Notes: generated from the letters alone by a model not told the origin. A stretch of DNA of 48,956 nucleotides from an uncultured bacterium (GCA_964619725.1 CAZUFC010000002.1:1-48956), one strand, 5' to 3'. Counted from the stretch's first letter, positions 26,958-37,260 are shown. Program-made: numbers and translations.

Positions 26958-28634
26958 ATGGGACATTTAATTCAAACAGTTAAAAAATTTAACTGGGACG
27001 TCTGGTTCCCGGCGGTTATGTGCCTTATTGCCTTTTGTCTTCGACTTTATGCAGCAGCAGCCGTTCCCCTTGAGGGCGATATGAAAACGGAAAGATACGG
27101 AGACGAAAGGATACAGCTTGAATTTGCGCGAAACATATCATTTGAACCCGGGAACCTGAATTTACCTCTGTCAGGCTCCCAATACATGAATCATCCCGTG
27201 TTGACGGCTTATCTGATAAAAACCGGACTGGCGCTTTTCGGAGACAACCTGATTGCCGGACGGAGCCTTTTCTGCCTTCTTTTTTCCCTGAGTCTGCTGT
27301 TTGTTTATCTTACCGGAAGGGACTTTTTCGATCGCAAAACAGGCAGCCTCATTCTCGTCCTTCTCGTTTTCTCACAATGGCATATCAACAATTCACGTCT
27401 CATGATCGAAAATGTTTACATCGCTTTCGTCGCGCCTGTTATCTATTTTTATCTGAAAGGTTTAGAAAAAAAAGATTCAAAAGCCATAGTGACGACCGGC
27501 ATTTTACTGGGAATCGGCTTCTGGGCCAAGGAAACCATACTATTAATGCTGCCGGCTATGATCCTCTATTTCTTTTTTTCAAGGAAGTCCAGAGCGCTTC
27601 TGAAAAGCAAATCCCTCTATTTTTCTCTGTTCGTCTTTATGGCATTGGTATTCACGGCTGTTTATTTTTCCCTTTCGAGCGATTCAGGTGGTCTGCAGAG
27701 GCATGCAGACACAGCGCAAGGTTTCGGACTTAGCTTGAGGGCCTTCGTGCTCTATGTTTCCGAGCCTCTTTATTTCCTGTTTTCAAAACTCAAACCGGCA
27801 TATTTCTATGAGAAATTCAATTTCTCCTGTTATCAGGCGCCTTTATTCTGGCCATTCGGATTGTTCTGCCTGACGACAGTTTTCCTTTCGACTAAAAATA
27901 TGTTCAGGAAATCTGGAGCTTACCGTTTTCACCTCATTCTCTTTTTCACAATTTTCATTGGGGTTTCCCTTGTGCGGCCAAAGGATATGCTCGGAAAATT
28001 CTGGTGGGCTTCGATAACGGTTTATCCCGCCGTAATCATCTCAGGCGATGCCCTCGTCCGATGGACCGAAAAAAAACGCCCGGCGCGCCTCATACCTTTG
28101 TCGATAATTGTTATCATGATGATTAACGCCTTTTTTCTTCTTAAAAACGAAGAGCTCTGTTTCATATGGGAACCTCGTTACCGGGCGGATTTTCTACTGC
28201 AGCGAGGAGAGCATTACATAAAAAACGGTAATTATGTTTCGGCCTTAAAACGATACAGAGAGATTGCCGACATGTTTCCTGAACGGCCTGACATTTACAA
28301 CAAAATGGGTAACGTATACGCAGCGATGGACGATAACGGCAAGGCGATTGAGATGCATCGGAAAGCGCTCGAACTTAATCCGCAAAACAAAGCCTTACAC
28401 TATAATCTGGCGCTGGATTACGCGCGAAAGGGGGAGAAAAAATCGGCCATAAAACATTTCACAACATACCTTAATTATAATCCGCATGATTCCAGAGCCT
28501 ATATAGAACTTGGAAAGCTGTATCTTTCCGCCGGTAAGACAGAAAGCGCAATTTCTGCATTTAGTAAAGCGCTCTCAATCTCCCCGGAGAATGAATATGT
28601 TCGAACGACACTAGAGGAATTAAAAAGCAAATGA
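26958..28634 (+). CDS. ArnT/PMT_2-like GT-C glycosyltransferase with C-terminal TPRs
   Basis: First-loop GDE acidic motif, NHPVLTAYLI, GIGFWAKET, multiple TMs, about 4 TPRs. Confidence 0.8.
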   Translation: MGHLIQTVKKFNWDVWFPAVMCLIAFCLRLYAAAAVPLEGDMKTERYGDERIQLEFARNISFEPGNLNLPLSGSQYMNHPVLTAYLIKTGLALFGDNLIAGRSLFCLLFSLSLLFVYLTGRDFFDRKTGSLILVLLVFSQWHINNSRLMIENVYIAFVAPVIYFYLKGLEKKDSKAIVTTGILLGIGFWAKETILLMLPAMILYFFFSRKSRALLKSKSLYFSLFVFMALVFTAVYFSLSSDSGGLQRHADTAQGFGLSLRAFVLYVSEPLYFLFSKLKPAYFYEKFNFSCYQAPLFWPFGLFCLTTVFLSTKNMFRKSGAYRFHLILFFTIFIGVSLVRPKDMLGKFWWASITVYPAVIISGDALVRWTEKKRPARLIPLSIIVIMMINAFFLLKNEELCFIWEPRYRADFLLQRGEHYIKNGNYVSALKRYREIADMFPERPDIYNKMGNVYAAMDDNGKAIEMHRKALELNPQNKALHYNLALDYARKGEKKSAIKHFTTYLNYNPHDSRAYIELGKLYLSAGKTESAISAFSKALSISPENEYVRTTLEELKSK

Positions 28635-28662
28635 CAAAGTTGATGCTTATCGACAAAAAAAT

Positions 28663-30351
28663 ATGAAAGAATTGAAAAACAACAATTTAATCATGGAAAT
28701 ATCGCTGGTCCTGCTCATATTAGGCACAGCCCTGGGATTACGGCTTTATGCTGCGGGGAAATTGCCCCTGGAAGGGGACATGAAATCCGGTGCGGACGGG
28801 GATGAACGCATACAGTATGAGTTCGCCCAGACTATTTCATTCGACCCGGAAACGCTGCACCTGCCTTTGGCGGGAAATGCGTATATGAATCATCCTGTTT
28901 TGACCGCCTATCTGATTAAAATCAGCTCAATGCTTTTCGGGTCGTCGCTGCTGGGATCAAGAGCGCTGTTCAGTATTCTGTTTTCGTTAAGTCTGCTGTT
29001 CGTTTACGCGACGGCAAAACGACATTACGGCAGGACAGCCGCCGTTATATCCCTGCTTTTACTGGCCTTTTCGCAATATCACATCCATATATCCCTTTTT
29101 ATGATCGAAAAAATATACCTGGCGTTCGTTCCCCCGGCTGTTTATTTTTTCCTGAGAGGGACGGAAAAGGAATCGCCTTTAAGCCTTATAGCGACAGGCG
29201 TATTTCTGGGCATAGGATTCTGGGCTAAAGAAACGATGTTCCTGCTCTTACCTGGAATGTTTTTATATGTTCTGACGACCAGAAAAGCCCGGAAGGTCTG
29301 GAAAAAAAAAGTCTCGTATTTGTCTCTGCTCACGGTCGCGCTGATCGTCGCGCCTGCGGTATATTCGCTGGTGACTGTTTCGAGGGATTTCTCCCGGCAT
29401 ATTCATACCGCGCAGGGATTCGGCGTGAGTCTCAGAGCCTTCATCCTTTACCTTTATGAACCTTTTCATTTCCTTTTTAATTTTATAGACCCCGAATTCA
29501 TAAAAGACATCGACTTTCCGGCTTCAATCGCCGGAATGCATTGGTCCCTGGGCATACTCTGCCTTGTGGGCGTATACGGAGCTTGCCGGAACTTGTTTAG
29601 AGACGACGGCGCCGGCCGGTATTTTCTGGTGACTTTTTTCAGCGTTTTTCTTGTTGTTTCCTTCATACGGCCCAAAGACGTCTGGGATAAATACTGGTGG
29701 GCTTCCATAAGTATTTTTCCCGCTGTCATGCTCACAGCCGACATGCTGAGTCACTGGATGCGCCGAAGAAAAATACTGTCGGCGCTGCCGGCTCTCGTCG
29801 CCGTGATGCTGTTCGCCAATGCGCTTGTCCTGGTTAATCACGAAGAAATATGCTTTTTCAAGGAACCGAGGCGAAGAGCCGATTATATGCTGCGGAGAGG
29901 TCTTTATTATTCACGCATAGGAAAATACGATCTTGCCGTAAAAAGGTGCAAGGAAGTTTTGGAGGTCTTCCCTGACGATTCCTGCGCCTATAATACTCTG
30001 GGAATATCCTATTCCAAAATGGGAGAAATAGATAAGGCCATTGAAGCCCATCTGAAAGCTCTTGAACTGAATCCCAGGAACAAACTGATTCATTTCAACC
30101 TGGGTACGGATTACTTTAAAAACAATGAACCGGAAAAGGCGATCAAACATTACCGAAGATACCTGCCTTTCACCAGCGGGAATCCCGATGTTTTTTTCCT
30201 GCTCGGCATGGCCTACCTCCGGATGGAGGATTTTGAAGAAGCCGCTAAAGCTTTCCGGGCCGCACTGGCCATTGATCCCGGCCATCAGGAAGCCGAAGAG
30301 AAACTGGAAGAAGCAAACGAACGATTGAACTCAACCGATAATAAGGAATAA
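28663..30351 (+). CDS. ArnT/PMT_2-like GT-C glycosyltransferase with C-terminal TPRs (tandem paralog)
   Basis: Shares PLEGDMK..GDERIQ.EFA..ISF.P..L.LPL.G..YMNHPVLTAYLIK, GIGFWAKET, TAQGFG.SLRAF, RPKD...K.WWASI with the previous gene. Confidence 0.8.
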   Translation: MKELKNNNLIMEISLVLLILGTALGLRLYAAGKLPLEGDMKSGADGDERIQYEFAQTISFDPETLHLPLAGNAYMNHPVLTAYLIKISSMLFGSSLLGSRALFSILFSLSLLFVYATAKRHYGRTAAVISLLLLAFSQYHIHISLFMIEKIYLAFVPPAVYFFLRGTEKESPLSLIATGVFLGIGFWAKETMFLLLPGMFLYVLTTRKARKVWKKKVSYLSLLTVALIVAPAVYSLVTVSRDFSRHIHTAQGFGVSLRAFILYLYEPFHFLFNFIDPEFIKDIDFPASIAGMHWSLGILCLVGVYGACRNLFRDDGAGRYFLVTFFSVFLVVSFIRPKDVWDKYWWASISIFPAVMLTADMLSHWMRRRKILSALPALVAVMLFANALVLVNHEEICFFKEPRRRADYMLRRGLYYSRIGKYDLAVKRCKEVLEVFPDDSCAYNTLGISYSKMGEIDKAIEAHLKALELNPRNKLIHFNLGTDYFKNNEPEKAIKHYRRYLPFTSGNPDVFFLLGMAYLRMEDFEEAAKAFRAALAIDPGHQEAEEKLEEANERLNSTDNKE

Positions 30352-30355
30352 TACC

Positions 30356-31612
30356 TTGATACTCTATATCCATCCGAAGACTGAAATGCCGATGAAAGAA
30401 ATACTCCCCATGTCCCTGCCGGCGCTGATCAATCGACTGCCTGCCCCGGTAATGGGCAGATTCCATAACGAATGGACGCGCCGGGAAGCGGCCTCTGCAA
30501 AAATAATCCTGCTGGATATTCATTGGTATATTTCTATCCCCTCCGCCTTTAAACTCATTGAAAAACTGAAACGAATCAATCCTGCCGCAGTCGTCATAAC
30601 TGGCGGGGTTTCAGCATCATTATTCAGGGACCAACTGGCGAGAGATGCAAGAATCGATTACATCATCACTGGCGATGCCGAAATACCTTTGCAACAGTTA
30701 ACCGAAGCGCTGCTGAACGGTCAGCAAATCGAAAAGATACCGAATGTCATATCACGCCGTCACGTGTCCGCATCGCAATATTGCCTGACCGTCCGTGACA
30801 TGGACCAGTCCGACTACCGGGATATTTCCTTTTTTCCTACCCTCGAAAAACGAATTTACGACATTCACCGCCGTTCCCACGGTCATGCCTTTCCGGTTTA
30901 TCCATATTTGACGGTTTATCGAGGTTGCCCCCTGGATTGCGAAGAGTGCTGCGGTTCCACGAAATACCAGCGCCGGGCGTTCGGACGGGACATGACGCTT
31001 CGTTCGCCCGAAAAGGTCAGGGAAGATTTGCTCTACTGGAGTAAACACCCAGCGATTCGATTCGTCAATATGTTTCATGATATTGCCGGCATATTGCCTC
31101 ACTCCTACACGGAGAAAGTTTTTTCCGAATCATACGACCTCCATTGCTTTCAGGATTTCTTCGGCCTGCCGTCAAAGGAAATGCTGGAAATGTTCCTGGC
31201 TGCCTTTAAAGGCGGCAAAGTCCTCTTTTCCCTCGATAAAAAACACGGAACATCGACAGAATTGCAGGAAGCCTCAGAACTGATCCGGTGCATCAGACAG
31301 GTTCAGAAAACAGGCAGATATGAAGTCATGCTGACTTACGTCAAACGCTTCCGACAGCGACCGGAATATGCCGCTGGATTGGAGACCATATTAAAAGCCA
31401 CGAACGTTCCTTTGTACAAAGCGGATTTCTGGTGGGAACATAATCCCCTGCCTGATGCCCAGGGCAAAGGCACAGAAGAGGATTACCGGAAAAGCCGCAG
31501 GAACCTCGGCAGGCGATATTTCATCATGGACAGAATATACCGGACAGGAGCCCGCCTTCACCGGTATTTCCCAGGCCTTATGGAAAATATATCCCGTTAT
31601 TTCCTCTCCTGA
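30356..31612 (+). CDS. Cobalamin-binding radical SAM protein
   Basis: B12-binding segment DIHWY..KRINPAAVVITGGVSAS..IDYIITGDAEIPL and CxxxCxxC motif YRGCPLDCEEC, then LRSPEKV. TTG start 4 bp after the previous stop. Confidence 0.85.
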   Translation: MILYIHPKTEMPMKEILPMSLPALINRLPAPVMGRFHNEWTRREAASAKIILLDIHWYISIPSAFKLIEKLKRINPAAVVITGGVSASLFRDQLARDARIDYIITGDAEIPLQQLTEALLNGQQIEKIPNVISRRHVSASQYCLTVRDMDQSDYRDISFFPTLEKRIYDIHRRSHGHAFPVYPYLTVYRGCPLDCEECCGSTKYQRRAFGRDMTLRSPEKVREDLLYWSKHPAIRFVNMFHDIAGILPHSYTEKVFSESYDLHCFQDFFGLPSKEMLEMFLAAFKGGKVLFSLDKKHGTSTELQEASELIRCIRQVQKTGRYEVMLTYVKRFRQRPEYAAGLETILKATNVPLYKADFWWEHNPLPDAQGKGTEEDYRKSRRNLGRRYFIMDRIYRTGARLHRYFPGLMENISRYFLS

Positions 31613-31730
31613 TGATTAGGATGGCGGATGCTGTATTCTTAATGACGGATGACGGATGGGGGATGATGCATGCCGAACGGAGACTTCATTTTTTGTAAAG
31701 TGGATAGCGCTGATCACTCGGATGAATATG

Positions 31731-32033
31731 GGAACTGATCAAACCGGGGTTGCAGTTTTTCATAGAATATTTGACTGTTTAAAATCCTGATAAAAAACTG
31801 TCCCTGTCACACAAATATCCGCCTGACGAACTCACCGCTGGTTTTTTCATCGATAGCCTTTTGTTTAGGTATCGGGGTCGAAGTCGGTATCGGGGTCAAT
31901 ATCGGTATCGGTATCGGGGTCGGGGTCGAAGTCGGTATCGGAATAAACAGTTACCAGGAGGAGTTTTTTGTCTTTATCAGATTTTCAAGGCTGCGAAAAT
32001 TGTAACAAGAAAGACGGATATTTGATCAATGCC
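31731..32033 (+). mobile_element. Family B MITE-like element, long variant with expanded hexamer array
   Basis: GGAACTGATCAAACCGGGG...TTTGATCAATGCC with about 12 tandem hexamers (GGTATC/GGGGTC/GAAGTC) at 31868-31943. Confidence 0.7.
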
Positions 32034-32285
32034 GAAATCCCCATTAGCAAAGTGGAACCGATACGTTTAATCTGAAAAAGACGGAGTTGAAGACACAGCA
32101 TTAGCGGCTATGGGAGTGTTTTTATTATGAATCAAAGCCCAACCATCAATCTTCTTCTGTGGTTCATGTACCAGAAACCGCAATACCGGCCCGGCCTTAA
32201 AATTTAAATGGGTAACCGAGTTTCATGACAATCGCTGTCCAGCGATTTCTCTTCAGGTTCTGAACTTTTAATTATGCAGCCTTTA

Positions 32286-34433
32286 TCAGGCGGTTTCCCG
32301 GTATCCTTTATAGCCGCGGTATATCGCCAGGCTTATCAACAGCATGAAAACGAGGAATATGCCTAATTGATCGGGCGAAAGAACCGGGATAGGTTCGGGT
32401 GAGGTTTTCGCCTGACCCCAAACGATGAAAGGCCCGTCAGGAGCCGCCGCGGGCGGCAACGAAACGTCACAGCGGTAATAATAATCGACTTTATCCGTAT
32501 TGACCTTGGAAGTCTGATTCTGTTTTACCGTCAACCTGGGGGACTTGCTCATTCTATTACCGGATTTGCTTACCTCGGCCACTTGCCTTGTCTGTTCTGA
32601 ATCGTCAGTGCTTTCTGTCAGTGGAATGCCGCTGACTCTCAAGCAATATTCGCCCATGGGCGGACCCATTTCCGGGGCGCCGTCCACAAAAATGAAGTAC
32701 AACCCGGGCTCGACGTAGGGGATCAGGATGTGGGAACTGAAAGGCATCGGAGGACAACCCCATTCATCATTAGTGCAATAGGTATTATTGTCGCATTCCA
32801 TTTCCAGTCCTGTCTCACATTCAAACTGCTTCAAATAAAGCACGGTATCGTAGGTTCCAGTCAGACATATCTCGAGCTCCAGTACCGTAGTATCCAGCGG
32901 CAACTGCCACACGGCATCCGGACCTTCAATCGACAACACATTGCACGAGCCGAAATAATCGGGCATCATCGTAAAAGTTTCATGCATTATGGAGGTATTG
33001 AGCATGATAGGTTCCCCGGGACAAATATCCATGGGTTGTCCCGGCGTCGGATAGGGCGTGGGAACGGGGCTGGGTTCGGGCGTCGGCTCCGGTTCCAGCC
33101 ACTGAATCAACTCCGTCAAAATAAGATCAAAATGGTCCCAGTCCGGCGCATTTTCTGCAGTCTGATAGGCTGCCAGGGCGACCTGATCGTTATTGATGTC
33201 CCCGTTGATAACCGGATAAAATGAGTCCATAGTGGGATCAGAAAACATATCTATGCTGACCGGAGGATCGGAATAGCCGTCCACAACTCCGGTAGCGATC
33301 TCCACCCGTAAAAACTCGTTCACCGGGTCCCAAACGTGATAACTCATTATTTTTCCCGGTCCGAACCATTCGGAAATCGACGCGCCGCCGATATAACCGG
33401 CAGGCGGATTATGCATATACGGCCAGACATCTTCCGTCATAAAGTTTATCATCCTTAATTCCGTCACTGGCGGAAACGGCGACGTATCCAGTATGACGGA
33501 AACAGCGCAAATATCACCGCTCATAACGGGAGGCTCAGCGCCGAGAGGACAGAACATTAAATTCCGGACAAAATAATAAGGATCGTAACCGCATACCCAG
33601 CAGAAATAATCGCTTTCGTCCGCATATGACTTCAAAAATACGAAAGTCAACTCATTCGTCATGCTGCTTTCGTCGGCATAAGGCCATACGCAATCCCAGT
33701 CGGGATCGCCGTACAAAGGGTATATTTCCCAGTCCATCGCGCCGTCCGGCATGTGAGCGGCCCATAACTCGAATTTGAGAGTATCAGGATTCATTTTACT
33801 GTAGACTATGTGAGTTCCGTCCATTTTATGGCAGATCGTGGGACACGCAATTACACCGGCATCAACCGTCCAGACCATCGGCTCATCGCCGAATCGCTCC
33901 GCCATTAACATCGTTCCCGTCAAATCACCCTCAACATTGGCGACTACATGTCCCTGAGGCGTATAGGCAACAGCAGGCTGACCGGAATCGTTCGGCGACG
34001 GACGCGGATATCGCACATTCGCCTGAGGTTCATAACCTTCATGAACATTTCCGAATGCATTATACTTGGAATCCTGACGAAAATGCCTGAATGAATAAAA
34101 ATAGGATGCATCAATCGCTTCCATGTCGATCCCGCTCGCTCCCGGTCCGTCCACATGATCTACAATATCTACGCTGTCCTGATGGTCCACGGAATCCAGA
34201 TGCGTCACCGAATCTATGCCGTCCAGGGACCCCGTCTTCCTCGCCGCGCTTAAATAAGCCTCATCGATTATTTCACTCTCCTTCTTCAACTCTTCTGAGA
34301 GCGCCGGATTATCGTCATTTTTTACACGGTAATCTTCCGTATCGGCAAAAATCGGGGTCGAAATCAAAAAAATAAACAGAAAAAACAAAATCGAACATCT
34401 GTTCGAAATAAAAAAATCCTTATTATTCATCAT
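32286..34433 (-). CDS. Secreted surface protein with beta-rich region, P/T linker, PPC-like domain and IPTL-CTERM-like anchor
   Basis: Start probably 34433 or 34430 (AAGGGGG RBS). Signal peptide ending PIFA. PEPTPEPSPVPTPYPTP linker, then GPDAVW..YDTVLYL..EPGLYFIFVDG. C-terminus IPVLS-TM-YRGYKGYR. Confidence 0.75.
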   Translation of the reverse strand: MMNNKDFFISNRCSILFFLFIFLISTPIFADTEDYRVKNDDNPALSEELKKESEIIDEAYLSAARKTGSLDGIDSVTHLDSVDHQDSVDIVDHVDGPGASGIDMEAIDASYFYSFRHFRQDSKYNAFGNVHEGYEPQANVRYPRPSPNDSGQPAVAYTPQGHVVANVEGDLTGTMLMAERFGDEPMVWTVDAGVIACPTICHKMDGTHIVYSKMNPDTLKFELWAAHMPDGAMDWEIYPLYGDPDWDCVWPYADESSMTNELTFVFLKSYADESDYFCWVCGYDPYYFVRNLMFCPLGAEPPVMSGDICAVSVILDTSPFPPVTELRMINFMTEDVWPYMHNPPAGYIGGASISEWFGPGKIMSYHVWDPVNEFLRVEIATGVVDGYSDPPVSIDMFSDPTMDSFYPVINGDINNDQVALAAYQTAENAPDWDHFDLILTELIQWLEPEPTPEPSPVPTPYPTPGQPMDICPGEPIMLNTSIMHETFTMMPDYFGSCNVLSIEGPDAVWQLPLDTTVLELEICLTGTYDTVLYLKQFECETGLEMECDNNTYCTNDEWGCPPMPFSSHILIPYVEPGLYFIFVDGAPEMGPPMGEYCLRVSGIPLTESTDDSEQTRQVAEVSKSGNRMSKSPRLTVKQNQTSKVNTDKVDYYYRCDVSLPPAAAPDGPFIVWGQAKTSPEPIPVLSPDQLGIFLVFMLLISLAIYRGYKGYRETA

Positions 34434-34522
34434 GTCCCCCTTATGCAAGGCCTGATTTGAATCAGCGGCCTGTTTTCCGCATATAAACCTCGACGCTTGT
34501 TGATTAGCGTCAGTACAATATT

Positions 34523-34552
34523 ATTCTAACTTCTTTAAATCTTTAATGTCAA
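34523..34552 (-). promoter_or_regulatory. Sigma70-type promoter for the 32286..34433 gene
   Basis: On the minus strand TTGACA (34552-34547) - N18 - TAGAAT (34528-34523). Confidence 0.5.
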
Positions 34553-34610
34553 ATTTAATAAAACTTTATTTGATTTTTTTATGACCGGAGTAAGCCCCTG
34601 GGCCGTTAAT

Positions 34611-34666
34611 CAGCGCCTGTCCATAACTCGAATCACGATTAAAAGTTATACTATGGACAGGCGCTG
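34611..34666. repeat. Family A short element; hairpin directly after the clpB stop (possible terminator or mRNA-stabilising stem)
   Basis: Perfect 15-bp inverted repeat CAGCGCCTGTCCATA / TATGGACAGGCGCTG. The loop resembles the interior of the 9-61 and 3125-3166 copies. Confidence 0.7.
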
Positions 34667-34668
34667 GT

Positions 34669-37260
34669 CTACTTTTTCCTGAATATTATCCGGTCTGCTT
34701 TTTCCGGATCGCATTCAGCCCTGACCGTTTCGCCTTCTTTGAATTTGCCGGCCAGGATATCCCTGGAAAGAGGATCGACGATTAATTTCTGTATGGTTCT
34801 CTTCAGCGGCCTGGCTCCGTAGGTCGGATCGAAGCCGCCTTCAGCCAGCAGCGCCTTCACAGAATCGTCAATCTCTATTTTCATGTTCTTTTCAGCCATC
34901 CTCTTATTCACTTCTTTCATCTGAATTTCAGCGATCTCTTTAATGTGCTCTTTCGTCAATCTGTGGAATACTATGATCTCATCGACGCGATTGAGAAACT
35001 CCGGTTTGAAATGGTCCCGCATTGCGTTCATCACCAGGTTCTCAATTTTTTCCTGGTCCTGGTTAAGTTCCGAAATATAATGACTTCCGATGTTCGAGGT
35101 CATGATGATGACGGTGTTTTTAAAATCGACCGTTCGTCCTTTACCGTCCGTCATTCTTCCGTCGTCCAGAACCTGCAGCAATACATTGAACACTTCCGAA
35201 TGCGCTTTTTCAATTTCATCGAATAATATCACGGAATAGGGTTGCCTGCGCACCGCCTCCGTCAGATATCCGCCTTCCTCGTAACCGACATATCCCGGAG
35301 GAGCCCCGATAAGGCGAGCCACTGAATGCTTCTCCTGGAATTCGGACATATCGATTCGGATCATCGCTTTTTCATCGTCAAAAAGAAATTCCGCTAAAGC
35401 GCGAGCCAGCTCGGTTTTTCCGACTCCCGTAGGACCGAGGAATATGAACGAGCCTGTCGGACGATCCGGATCAGCCATCCCCGAACGGCTTCTCCTTACG
35501 GCATTAGCCGTCTCTTCCACAGCATGATCCTGCCCGACCACCCTCAGCTTTATCCTCTCTTCCATTTTGAGCAGTTTCTGCACTTCGCTCTCCATCATCT
35601 TCGATATGGGAATGCCCGTCCATTTCGATACTGTCTCTGCGATGTCTTCCTCGTCAACCTCTTCCTTCAGTATCCTCTGATCCGACTGAATCTCATTCAG
35701 CTTCTCGTTGGCCTCCTCCAGGTCGTTGGACAACTGGTTCAAACGCCCATACCTTAACTCCGCAGCTTTGTTCAAATCACCTTCCCGCTCCGCCTGAACC
35801 TGTTCCGCCTTGACCTGTTCGATTTCCTCCTTGATCTGACGTATACGCTGAATGATATTCTTTTCGTTCTGCCAGTGCGTCTTGAGACTGTCCTGCTTTT
35901 CCTGTAATTCCGCAAGCTCCTTCTCGATCTTGTCGCGACGCTCGATACATGCCTCATCCTCTTCCTTGCGGAGAGCCTGCAACTCTATCTGTAGCTGCAT
36001 CATCCTGCGCTCTATCGTGTCAATCTCCATCGGAGAACTGTCTATTTCTATCCTTAACCTTGATGCCGCTTCGTCAATTAAATCTACCGCCTTGTCCGGC
36101 AAAAAACGGTCCGTTATGTAACGATTCGAAAGCGCCGCTGCAGCAATGATAGCCGAATCCTTTATCCTGACCCCATGATGCACCTCGTATCGCTCCTTTA
36201 AACCCCGGAGAATCGCCACCGTGTCCTCCACGCTCGGCTCCCTCACCAGGATCGGCTGAAAACGCCTCTCCAATGCCGCATCCTTCTCTATGTATTTCCT
36301 GTACTCATCAAGCGTCGTCGCTCCTATGCACCGCAAATCTCCTCTCGCCAGCGCCGGCTTCAGCATGTTCGATGCATCCACCGAACCCTGGGCAGCGCCC
36401 GCTCCTACTAACGTATGCAACTCATCTATGAACAGGATTATCTCTCCCTGAGCCTCGTCGATCTCCTTCAATACAGCCTTCAACCTCTCTTCAAATTCTC
36501 CACGAAACTTCGCCCCGGCCACAAGCGCCCCAAGGTCCAACGCTACAACCCGCTTTCGCTTTAATCCTTCCGGCACATCTCCCGAGACTATCCGTCGCGC
36601 CAATCCCTCCGCTATCGCCGTCTTGCCTGTCCCCGGCTCGCCTATCAATACCGGATTGTTCTTCGTCCTCCGTGATAATACCTGGATTATTCGCCGTATC
36701 TCCTCGTCACGACCGATTACAGGATCAAGCTTCTCTCGCCGCGCCAGCTCCGTTAAATCACGGCTGTAACGCTCCAATGCCTGATACTTCTCCTCTGGAT
36801 TCTGATCAACCACTCGCTGCGATCCCCGTATCTGAACCAACGCCTTCAATATCACATCACGCGTCACGCCGTTCGAATTCAATATCACACCCGCTGGATC
36901 ACCCTCCAATGAAACCATTCCCAATAACAAATGCTCCGTACTTACATACTCGTCCTTCAACTGACGGGCTTCTTCAAACGCTTTGTCGATCAATAACTGT
37001 GAAGCCTTCGACATGTATACGTCCAATCCCGCTCCGCTCACCGACGGCAACCGGGTCATCTCCTCCGCTATCGATTGCGATATGCTAGGTACATGCACTC
37101 CCAGCTTCTTCAATACGGGAACTACTACTCCCTCCTTCTGCTCTACCAATGCCTGTAAAATATGCAGCGGCTCTATCATCTGATGATTGTTCCGCTTCGC
37201 CAGCTCCTGCGATGCCGCTAATGACTCCTGAGCCTTTACCGTAAATTTATCAGACCTCAT
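34669..37260 (-). CDS. clpB: ATP-dependent disaggregase ClpB
   Basis: [47 protein letters not shown], long coiled-coil middle domain, [23 protein letters not shown]. Start placed at MRSDKF (GGAGG RBS). Confidence 0.98.
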   Translation of the reverse strand: MRSDKFTVKAQESLAASQELAKRNNHQMIEPLHILQALVEQKEGVVVPVLKKLGVHVPSISQSIAEEMTRLPSVSGAGLDVYMSKASQLLIDKAFEEARQLKDEYVSTEHLLLGMVSLEGDPAGVILNSNGVTRDVILKALVQIRGSQRVVDQNPEEKYQALERYSRDLTELARREKLDPVIGRDEEIRRIIQVLSRRTKNNPVLIGEPGTGKTAIAEGLARRIVSGDVPEGLKRKRVVALDLGALVAGAKFRGEFEERLKAVLKEIDEAQGEIILFIDELHTLVGAGAAQGSVDASNMLKPALARGDLRCIGATTLDEYRKYIEKDAALERRFQPILVREPSVEDTVAILRGLKERYEVHHGVRIKDSAIIAAAALSNRYITDRFLPDKAVDLIDEAASRLRIEIDSSPMEIDTIERRMMQLQIELQALRKEEDEACIERRDKIEKELAELQEKQDSLKTHWQNEKNIIQRIRQIKEEIEQVKAEQVQAEREGDLNKAAELRYGRLNQLSNDLEEANEKLNEIQSDQRILKEEVDEEDIAETVSKWTGIPISKMMESEVQKLLKMEERIKLRVVGQDHAVEETANAVRRSRSGMADPDRPTGSFIFLGPTGVGKTELARALAEFLFDDEKAMIRIDMSEFQEKHSVARLIGAPPGYVGYEEGGYLTEAVRRQPYSVILFDEIEKAHSEVFNVLLQVLDDGRMTDGKGRTVDFKNTVIIMTSNIGSHYISELNQDQEKIENLVMNAMRDHFKPEFLNRVDEIIVFHRLTKEHIKEIAEIQMKEVNKRMAEKNMKIEIDDSVKALLAEGGFDPTYGARPLKRTIQKLIVDPLSRDILAGKFKEGETVRAECDPEKADRIIFRKK

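Noticed and set aside
26757-26970. Two short overlapping ORFs (MNPLFMEI..., MSEKCKSCFFIDY...) resembling a decayed SPASM-like fragment
   Set aside because: Only a CxxC supports it; too short to call a pseudogene without a search.
31868-31943. Repeat tract as a possible CRISPR array
   Set aside because: Tandem hexamers with no unique spacers and no cas genes.
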